64,000 bases of DNA from Iphione sp. A-MEVVRFRX5 (lineage: Eukaryota). A model generated the notes under the pieces. That model did not search any database and was not told the DNA's origin. It saw only the letters and a list, made by a program, of their open reading frames with translations. A program made the position numbers and the translations under genes. Of the stretch, positions 28,861 to 39,060 are shown one piece after another. Numbering within the stretch: the stretch's first letter is position 1; every line of letters begins with the position of its first letter. Location of the stretch: the NCBI GenBank assembly GCA_976226885.1, contig OZ320322.1:37076001-37140000 (forward strand). Reading direction: 5' to 3'.

Positions 28861-31800
28861 CTCACAGACATTATATCATGATTGTTGGGGTTTCATCATT
28901 AAAAAACCGAAGTCTGGTTTCATCAAAAACCCAAGTCGTTCTGTTCTACTTTTCGTCATAATCCCGATACCATTTGACATGGGTAGGAACGTAAAAGCAA
29001 AAACACCAATCTTAAACATCCCTGACCACGTCCGGGGCTAAAAAAAAAATACACGGGCACGTTTCTGCCGGATTCTTGCCAATAGTAGGGAGGTGTCGTA
29101 CTAATTTGTATTGACGACATAACCTAACTACAATAACACATCCCTTCCCTCTGATGGACAATTAAGTCTCTCTTTAACGTAGAGTATGACAGTAGTTATA
29201 CCTGCTCGGGACATGCATCACGTTTAACCGTTATAATATAGAGCTACCGTTTCAAAATTGGCTCTCGGTCCGTTTGATCCGTCCGATGTCGTTTCCTCCC
29301 GATTCCTACGATCCTGTCTGTACCGGCGCGTTTGCATTGGAGCCCCTAATGTCGGCAGACAGGGCCGGTGTGATAGGCTACTAATCTGAAGCCCCGGTTC
29401 ATACCCTCAACTTACCCCGACAACACCATGTATGACTTGATGATGACAGATGGTGGCCCAGTCTTGGTGCCTGACTCGGGTAATGAGCATGAACAGCAGG
29501 CTGGACACGAGTCACTGATCAGTAAGGCACCCCTCCAACTTACCTGCCTATCTATGTCTAATTAACATCACAAAGGTAATTTAGCCAAGGCCTCACACGG
29601 TGACAGCTGACAGATATCTGTCTGTTTAAGTACAAGAGTATTATTTAAACCTGCCATGGTCAGAAGACGGGTTGACATGATGCACCTGTACAGGTTACTT
29701 TGATCACAGAGGGAATTTTAAGACAAAGGGAGAGGGTACGGCAGAGTACAAGAACGTTATGTAAAGAGCCCCAAACGGACAAAATAAAGAAAAGGGCCTT
29801 CCTAGTAGAAGCCAGGAAGAGACAGGGTGGATAGCATGTTAACGCCATTGGGTCAGGTGTGAGGGAGCTTAAATCTTGGAGGATTATAGTGGCGTTGCCA
29901 CCAAGCTAAATGAGCAGACCACCAAAACAAACATCTCATCTATGCATTGCCCTGCATTATCATCAGCGATCTCCATCTCTTATAACCTGTATGCCACTGT
30001 CACCTGCGACTGCACAGAGGTCACCAAGTGCGTTTGAGAGAGTTAGGTGTAGAAGCTTATGAAACAGGACCATATCATGCACATGTATATATATGTATAT
30101 ATATACCAGCTGCAAGGCTAAACGGCGCTGCCAAATTCCGGCCTGGTTGACAAGCCGGCGACGGCCTCGACGTGACAATTAACATGGACTCTGCTAATTG
30201 TTTGAGATACCAGCGACTTAACGAGGACGTGTAGTGTGGGAATAATGAGTGACATACCGCATCCTTGTGGACTAGACGCCATCCATCATCGTACTTCAGG
30301 CCCCGCGACTTAAGACGTGCCTTACCCTCTAATTGCTCCTCTTAATAGACCCACTGCACAATGCCAACGTCTGCTTTTGCCAAATTTGAGCAATCTAAAG
30401 ACGGCCTTTCTTTCATCTTCGTTTAGATATGTATCGTTTCATCACTTAAGTTGCTGTCATGTATCTTCAACGACTCCAGACATGTTGACATATGCGATTG
30501 TTAGTGCGAAAAAAAGTCCAAAAATTGTTAAATATTAGCTTTTCTTGGGTAAAGGAGATTACATCTCTGAGGCACTCACCCAGGGGTGTGGTTCAGGAGT
30601 GTTTAGTCGTCATAATAAGGTAAACAGGTATACGCATGTGCTGCTACCCAGCATAACACAGTTGAACGTATAGACTCCGAAACGACCCCATTGCACTTAC
30701 GTTTCTTTTGACATTTCAATCAACTAATAATGTTTTATTTTCCAGTAAAAATGACTTGTTTACCAAGAAGTGTGTTTTCCTTGGCAGAGTATATTGTATC
30801 TGTTTTCTTTACGGGTGATATTTACCACCACTGAGAACAAAAAAAAACTAATTTCGTATATGTTACTACACAAACACGATATACAAATATACAAACAAGG
30901 ATTCTATTTCCATGTGTGATTCGTAAAGAGGATAATTTTTTGACGGTACATGTGATATACGGCTAAAAATAGATTACCGTACCGCGGTTCCAAGAAGTCT
31001 TTTGCCTCCATTTACTCTCCATGATCTAACATAGATGGGAAGGAGGCGAAATGTTTAATTCTCTGTGGTACTTGGTTACATTTGTAACGCTTGTTACCAT
31101 ACTTCTGTTCTTTTTGAATGTATATACAATGTATACATATGCAGGATAGATACATAAAAAGGATAGATGTTTTGATATGCACGATTTGTTGATTGCTATC
31201 TGAAATGTAGGTGGTGCTAACTGACTACTTATTTTCATAGAAAGAGCATAGACCGTCTCAGTTCGTTAGCAATCACATTGTATATTCAAAACGTAAATGC
31301 GCATTGACTAAAATGTGCTTGTTACTGAATACAGCTCTATGTGAACAGAACTGGACATACAATATCTCATATTGGAAATACATGCTGCGTCGACAATACC
31401 TTCAAAACGGTTGAAGGCCAGCTCGACATAACAATGGCCACCGCGGGGCTCAAATTGTACAGGGCCAGTCGCTATGTAAACAGTAATCTAAAAGTATGAT
31501 GTGCGGAGGCTGGTGTTGCATATTGATAGTGATGATGGTCCAGGGAGAGTGGCTAGTCCGAGTTGGACAGTCATGTCGGTCTCCCGAGGATAAAGCTCCG
31601 AATGGGAGGGACTAACGTCATTTTGCATGGGGTTGTAGGAGAGCTTTAAACCTGAAAATCGTGCGAGATGCTCTCAAACTATGTACATATACAGATATGT
31701 CAATTAAAAAGCGATAGAGGGAGTGGCCTTTCGGCTTTAGGTACATGTCTCTGAAAGAAGAAGAGTACATGTACAAGGATGCATAAGTTATGAGACTGTT

Positions 31801-32361
31801 ACAGTTCAAGGGGTGTGTGTACATGTATTTGTATGTGGGTATACATGTACATGTCTTTGTACCAATATTAAAGGCGGTGTCGTTTGTTGTACGCAGCTGC
31901 ATGCTCCAATATCTGGGAAGATGTGGTTGTGTACGTGAACGGCTGGGGTCACCTCAGGATATTGGGACAATTGCAGTGTGTTTGTACACACGCGTGTGTA
32001 CATGTACGTGTGGGGTGAACTAAGGAGTCCGCGACAAGGGAGTGTGTGAGTATGGCTGTGTGTGGATATGGCTTGGTTGTCCTTCTCTGGCCGTCTGACA
32101 TGCGGTGACCTAAGCCTGATCAATGATCCTGTAATCCTTGTCTAAATCCCCGCACCTTATCCCCCTGGACGGAGCGGCCACCCTCCTCCTAGTTGTAGCA
32201 GAAGGGCCCCCATCATTCGTCATGTCATCTCCAGCCCCCGCCGGAGCAATTTTAATGGCCATAATGCAAGCACGCTGGGACACGGGCCTTTTAACTCTTA
32301 CTTTTTTCAATGGCGCGTTCAGGATTAGCAACACTGTAGAGAGCAGTGTGGCCATCATGGC

Positions 32362-32371
32362 TGATTGACAG
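32362..32371 (+). promoter_or_regulatory. PBX-MEIS/PREP composite site TGATTGACAG (Hox3 intron)
   Basis: Exact match to the known TALE heterodimer decamer, ~100 bp from TTAATGGCCATAAT. Confidence 0.55.
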
Positions 32372-34080
32372 GATAAATATGCTTTCTACTCGGAAACATG
32401 GGGCTGTCATGTGAACCCCAGCTGTGAGAATCAGTATTGACGACTAGCAGATAAATCGCGATAAATTGCTCGTCGATTTGCTGCAGCTAAAAACGGTACG
32501 TGAGCATTGTCAGCGTAGCTGAGTTCAAATGGTAATCCTGTTTGTAGATCAAAAAGCATACTGTCGGGTGCAGTTGTATTGGAGAAAAACATAATGGAAC
32601 GAACAGCGCATGGCCGCATTTGGAAACATGTTTCTAAGCTTTATCTCTTCGAGATGAAAACAGGCCATACAATGACGCAGGCGGTACATGGCTGCATATA
32701 TGAGTGTGTCTCTGAGGTAGATAACCAAATGTGTTTAGAATTGACCAAACAAAAACAAAATTCCCAATTGTTTAATATAGCCCGCATATCTTCAAAGGAA
32801 TAACACCCCCTGGTATAGGGCTTGTGAATACTAGAGGATCCTTTGAAGTGTTTTTTCACTCCACCATTGAATATAACGCTATTTTATAGAAAGGAACGTG
32901 ACAGTGTATCTGCCATGATATTTATGTATTCATGTTATTTATATATTCGGACTCGGTATCTGAGTGAGACTAAATCATCCTTTTCCCACCGTCTTGAGCT
33001 AGGCAACCTGGAGTACGGATAACGGGAAAGAGAGTATCTGTGTGTGTGGCGGGGGGTGGGGCTGACGTTGTGAGGGTTCCAGTCTTGTGTTACCCTGACG
33101 GATGGATTCTAGTCGTGACCTAAGGGTAGGGTTGGGGCCTTGTTAATCCTTGACCCAAACTACAGTCAGGTTCGTTGCTTAACTGGATTAATGAAACGTC
33201 AATTTGTACCTTGTTACACTCCTTGTTTGAGCTGAACCCCCCAAACGAATGACTCTATTAGTGAGAGGGGTTAAGAGGGAGCGGAGTGGGGGCCCGTGAG
33301 CTCGAGTTACCACCGGGATCACGTGAGAAGCGTCCCAGGGAGGCTATTACATGTACATGTATATGTGCTTGACTTCAAATTGCAACATTATACAGTTTTC
33401 AATTACAAATTTACCTAGCTAAATGTATCGGTAGAGTGATATATTTATTGAACGATCTACTCCCTAGCATATAGTTAGATTCAATTGTCTTCTTTCTGAG
33501 GGGTTTGTCACATGTATGCAGAAGACTTCTGGACGTAAAATATGTCTCTGCATGCGGAGATGGAGAATGCATCCTGCTGAGTGTACTTAGATTAGGAACA
33601 TATGTCAAACATCTGTATCTTCACCATTGCTTTCTCTGGTTTATGCATCCATATGCATAGAAAATCCATCCCATCCTGATTTGTCATCTATGCATACGCA
33701 GCCGTGTGTGTAGGTCCATAGATATCAGTGTACATCTGAATGCTCTTGGGGTTTGTTATGGGCTGGGTAAAATATGTGTACACATCCATTGCCATATGTG
33801 TAGAAAAATGCATACCTGTGATAAGGACCTAAGTCATTGGAATGCAATAAACTGCTATTCTGTTCACTGATATTCTTCCCTTTCTGGCAGTATGGACAAA
33901 TAGTTTGCTTTGGGATTGTTTTTAATCAATGTATTTTGAATGAAGCTCATATTGCTTTTAGAAAAGTTCACCTTGCTGAATCATGCCAGTATGATACAGT
34001 GACAACATTATATGGAAATTTTGCTTGTAAATGCCCTGCGAAATTGGTATACATTGTTATGGTTTGTTATACATGTTCAT

Positions 34081-34407
34081 GACCAAGGCAACATGATATT
34101 ATGGTTGAGCTCCAAGCTAATCCCTAATTGTGTACACTTTATAAATCATACATGTATTGTATTGTAAAAGACGTGTCCATTGTGTTTAGCACACTTCACA
34201 TTTTGGCAGGTTTCAAATATTGGTAGAAGACATACCTCGAGGTTAAAATTCCGTGACCGAGGCAACATGATATTCTGGTTGAGTATCAAGCTAATCGTCA
34301 ATTTGTGAACATTTCTCTTTGTAAATTATCATGTATTGTATTGTAAAAGACGTGTCTATTGTGTTTAACACACTTACTATTATTGTAGGTTTCAAATATT
34401 GGTAATT
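34081..34407. repeat. Diverged direct duplication, 174-bp period
   Basis: GACCRAGGCAACATGATATT...GTATTGTATTGTAAAAGACGTGTC...GGTTTCAAATATTGGTA occurs at 34081 and again at 34255. Confidence 0.85.
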
Positions 34408-34488
34408 TTGCACCACAATCATATTATGACGAGAAATGATTCTGTTCAATATATGATATACAGGTAGGCACGTTGACTGTGATCTTAC

Positions 34489-34972
34489 CTGTAGTAGTTG
34501 ACAGGTGTGGCTGGCTCTGCGACTGCTGCTGGCGGTGTTTGGATGCTTGTCTGTTCTCCCTCATCCACGGATAGATCTCTGCCTGTTGAGTCTTGACGTT
34601 CTGGGATACAGGTACCAGTCCTCCAGGGCCACCACCCCCTCCCCCTGCTCCTCCTCCTCCTCCCCCTCCTCCACCCGCCCCTCCGGGAGGCATTCCACTG
34701 CATCCAAGGTCCTGCATACATGAAGGGGTAAACTGCTGAGGCGGGTACTCCATAGTTTGACATGTGCCAACGCCAGGGTGCTGGACACCACCTGGGGGGC
34801 CGCCATTCCCACCCTGGAGGAGGCAGGAGGAGCGGGGGGAGGGGCTGTAACCGTCTCCTGTCGACCCATATCCCGGGAGACCACCGTCATAGCCGCCGTA
34901 ACCGTTGTGCTGGTAGAAGCCCGGCGTGTAGGCTTGGCTTTGGTCGTAGTAGCCCTTCTGTGGCATCACCAT
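34489..34972 (-). CDS. Hox3: Hox3 homeobox protein, first coding exon (N-terminus, Gly-rich tract, YPWM hexapeptide)
   Basis: Reads MVMPQKGYYDQSQAY... (Hox3-type MQKxxYYD N-terminus) to AEIYPWMRE (YPWM at 34562-34573). Ends at a canonical donor ACAG|GTAAGA (intron starts 34488, phase 1). Other in-frame ATGs at 35017 and 34966, so the exact start is uncertain. Confidence 0.92.
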
Positions 34973-35236
34973 CTCCCGACCCACGAAGTTTATTTCGTTC
35001 TGGCAAGGCCCCGACATCTCTCGCACTGTTTACATCACTTTTTGACAGTTGCTCCAAGCTCTTGTGGCTCTGTACCGCCCCCCAACACCCCCGAGCCTGT
35101 GCTTGGGTGGGGTATAGCTGGCAGGTACAAGGTCCGGAGGTGTGAAGATAGGGGGTTGTATGGGGGGGACGTATGGCCCCTCCAATGCGAAGAACCTTTC
35201 GTCCCTGGTTCTTGCAGCGACAGCAAGCGTATAAAT
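34973..35236 (-). other. Hox3 5' leader part of the coding exon, preceded by a strong splice acceptor
   Basis: Minus strand ttttccactttctttattttctttccccag|ATTTATACG, with AG at 35238-35237. Implies at least one upstream exon. Confidence 0.7.
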
Positions 35237-38200
35237 CTGGGGAAAGAAAATAAAGAAAGTGGAAAATATATATTTAAAGAACAACAGCTTTAAGACACTA
35301 GGAGCATCAGAATGCGGAACTCTGGTGAGCAGCAAGTGGTCACAATGACAAGCACGATTTACAACATCGGCAATAAATCTTTCCTTGGCCCGCGCCCCTG
35401 GCACAGCGGGAAAGGCCATTAGCCTATTTTTGAAGTTTTATTGCCCCTTACTCCCTCCTCCTCCTTCCCTCCCTCCCTCGTATTTCTATGCTACTCCCCT
35501 TCCCCTACTCTGCATCCTCCTCCTCCTCCTCCTCCTCCTCCTCCGCCCCGTACTTCTTCATTGGGGCAGGCCAGAACGGGCGCTCGGTGGTTAAGACCGG
35601 CACTCAACGTGTAGGGAGTTTTACAACCGTAGCGGCCAACGATCGGTGAGGCGAAACGGAGCCCCATAGAGGGTTTCTTGTTCTCAGCCTCAATCAGAGT
35701 GGCTTCTCGCTTCTGTATGCGGCTAGGCGCCACATCATTGTTTACCACAAACAGCAGCAGTATCGGACCTGTCTTCTACAGCTGTATACGCCAGCTAGAC
35801 TGAGGTTGTTAGTCTAAGTAAGAGGCATTTAGAGGTAAGCCATCCTGCATCGTTTACGGGCGGGAGACAACTCTGCCCGTCGTGCTACCGCTGCTGTGTA
35901 TGGACTCTACTTGGAAGCGACACCATCTTTGTTTTCTGCTTCACCGTTCGCGCCTTGTTTGGATATCTTCTTTTAGTGTTGCCACGGCCTATGGTCGTGC
36001 TTTCCAAATACTCTACCGCTTGGCTTAATTTGCTCGTATGTAGAGGTAAAGCTATAAGTGTGTGTAGTTCTGTTTGGGTCTTATCAGAAAAGGGATATTC
36101 ATATGAAAATAAACATAACGCGGGTGCATTAGTTAGGGGGGTGGGGAATGACTGAAAGGAAGAACCGACCTACATATGGACCTGTTCAAATTGGCTTGCT
36201 TTCTAATTTGAAAGGAAATTTACTTTTTGTTTGGGATTGCTTATACAAAACATGTTTGTGACCAGATCTTGCCTGATGCCCTAGGGAAAACAAGGGCATG
36301 ACATCTTATCAAGAATATATGTAGTGATTTTAATGTGATAAGTTCATCGATAAAAAACAATGACATTTGAAATAGGCCGTCTACATTCACAGAATGGAAT
36401 TGTGGAACATTTCATTAGAGATGAATGGTAACATAAAGCAAAACAACAAAATAAATGTTTGTCTAAATCCTAATTATCGCATAGACTAAAATGTAAATAT
36501 TGTATGAATAATAATCCAAGTTCCGAGCTATTGCTGTGGATTTCCACCCGCCAGTCATGATATATAGAAATAGAGTGTAAATTTTATACATCGATACTGA
36601 ATAGTTTGTGCTAGTGTGCAAATATTTGGATCTTTGGTCTAGTATATCTAAATGGTGATAGCAATCGATTGCACCTAATGACACACATTTTTATGTTTTG
36701 TGTGTCATAATCTTTGTCTGTCATATCATGAAAAGTCTGTGTTTCAGTACATAAGCAATTCTGCGTTTAGGTTCCCTCTATTTGAAGTAATATTTATAGT
36801 GTATCACTTTCATTTCAAGTACAGGTTGATGAATAATACATGTGAATTGATTAATATCTAACTTTATCTCTTTATTAACGCAGGGTCGGTACAGTTATAC
36901 CACAGTGATGACTAGGGTATTACAGGAGACCTCCACTTCATATTGAGTATTCATACACTGTGTATGATATAAAACAGTTCAATAAGTGTGAAGAAATACT
37001 TTTTGCCTCAATCTGAGTGGTTTTCCTCGTATGGGGGTGTAGGGTGCATTACATCCCCACTACTGAACACGCGTCATATCCTTCCAGGGACTATCCTACC
37101 CCCTACATGTTCGCACGCTAGATATAACCGTAAGAAATAGAAATATCAAGGGTGAATGTTGCTGGCCTAGAGATGACCCTGGTGGCGCAGGCAGAAGGTT
37201 TGGCTTCGCCTGGCATGTCTTTAACCGGGGGGTTAGCTTCAACAAGGCAATCTTTAAAAAAGCAGGAGGTGGCCATCCTGAAAGAAGACGGCGCTGACAG
37301 GGTCAAGCCAGGTTTGACACTTCCCCCTCAGTGCGCAGCTTTTAACGCCGATTGGAAAGAGGCATTCCCTGTCTCTTCTCGGTTCCCTCTCTACTTCTTT
37401 TCTTGGTTTTGTTTTCGTCTTTTCTCTCTGTCTGTCTACCTCCCTGTCTCCGTCTCTCTCTCCTCTGCACTCCCTACACCTTCTACCCCTTCCCAAACCA
37501 GTAAAATCCACCGTCATGGTACGGTCTGTGCCGACTTAAAAGCACATGCAGAATTAAATCGACCGCAGTTGCCTGGGCTAGGGCGAGCGCAGCGGACGAC
37601 AACCCGATCAATGGCCAAGTCCTCCTTGTCCAACTCGCCCGGCCAATACCCCCCAATTGGATTAGAATTTTTTCTAATCGCCTTTCCACTTAATTGGTGG
37701 TATCGGCCCGTCGTCGGGATCGTCGACAGCATCGTTGGCGGATGTGGTCCTGGGGAGGGGAGTGCAAAGAGGGGGGTGTTTCCTTAGAAGGCAGCGAATA
37801 GGGTTTGTGCTTGTACGAGTGTGTGAAAGGGCGGGGGGTGGAGCACGGTAGAGGATGAGACGGAGGTGGCGGTGGCCAGTGGATGGGGCAGCAGTGGCAG
37901 CAGCCGTGGACGCAGCTATTCACGGCCAACCGCGGCTGAATTATTATGTATCTGAATCGAGCTGCCAACAGGCCCAGGCATAAAAGGGACCTGTCGGTCT
38001 GCACCGGCGCCACGTACAATAACGCGCCCCTAAACGCTTCCATATCAATATCTAGAATGGGCAAATGCACACAATATCGCTCGCTGGGCCGGCGCGATGA
38101 TAAAGGGGGCCCACGTTTGAGTGACAGTTCGAAAAGAGGGGCACACAGGCGAGGATTTCATTTCGCGGCGCTGCCTCAGATATAAAACTGAAAGAGGTCC

Positions 38201-38883
38201 GGGGGAGGGTGGCGGAGGGTTAGATTAAATGAATTTTCGGATGTAGAGCTTGAATAGAATACGGGCGGGTGCTATCTGTGCTGCGCCCCGGTGCTCACCG
38301 GAGGAGTGTCTCCCTCCTCCCCCCTTATCCCGCCTCCTCCCCGGAAGAAGGCGATGGGGCGCCCGATAGGTCTGGGGTCGGGGGACTGGGGTCCGCGGGT
38401 ACCATGGACCGGCCCGCGGCAGGGGCCAAGGAGAACCGACCTGGAAGACAGGGGGAAACCAGCTTCGAAAAAAAGTCTTGGATGACACGGACCGCAGAGG
38501 ATAGTAAATACAATGAAAGGTTGGACGCAAAGAATAGGAAATATACGCCCATTTGAAGTTTTGCAAACGAAGCATTTTACGAAGACTCTTTCTCCATGTG
38601 ATTCATCCTTTCATCAAGCCTAACAAAATATTCGTGGATAAAAGAACCAACCAAAATCAGCCCTATATAATTGCTCGTATACAAGTGCAGGAATTTCTAG
38701 TAGAAAATCACAAACAATACCCGACAAATCGACTGTAAAAATATGTGTACTTACAGTAACTACAGATGACTGTTCGGTGTCTGTGAGGAGAAGCTGGGTG
38801 AGTACAGCAGACATACTGAGAATTCGGGGGATAGTTGGAATTATTGAAGGCTGATTCAGCTGGCTACCAGGTAATTAGCTCAC

Positions 38884-39060
38884 CTGGACATACAAGCGGT
38901 GTATGTAAAAATGGGAAAGGTGGGTTGGTAGTGGGCGGTGGTAAAAGTGACGGAAAGGCAGCGAGGACGAGGGCGTAGTAGCAGATCTGGGCAGGGGCGA
39001 GATGCAATGACCATCACTTTCTTTCAAGGAAGGACTGTCTCTTGCCGCCTCTGATTTATA
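38884..39060 (-). promoter_or_regulatory. Candidate TATA promoter and upstream Hox3 exon
   Basis: Minus strand TATAAAT at 39060-39054; strong donor CAG|GTGAGC with the intron starting at 38883. Confidence 0.35.

Larger units (their letters stand above)
24772..34488 (-). other. Hox3 intron between hexapeptide and homeodomain (~9.7 kb)
   Basis: GT-AG boundaries in matching phase; this is the conserved Hox intron position. Confidence 0.9.

Noticed and set aside
34757-35293. Plus-strand ORFs of 127-178 aa over Hox3 exon 1 (likewise 24079-24606 over exon 2)
   Set aside because: Antisense shadow ORFs of GC-rich coding sequence.
37152-37787. 211-aa plus-strand ORF
   Set aside because: GTG start, no recognisable domain, passes through pyrimidine-rich and promoter-like DNA.
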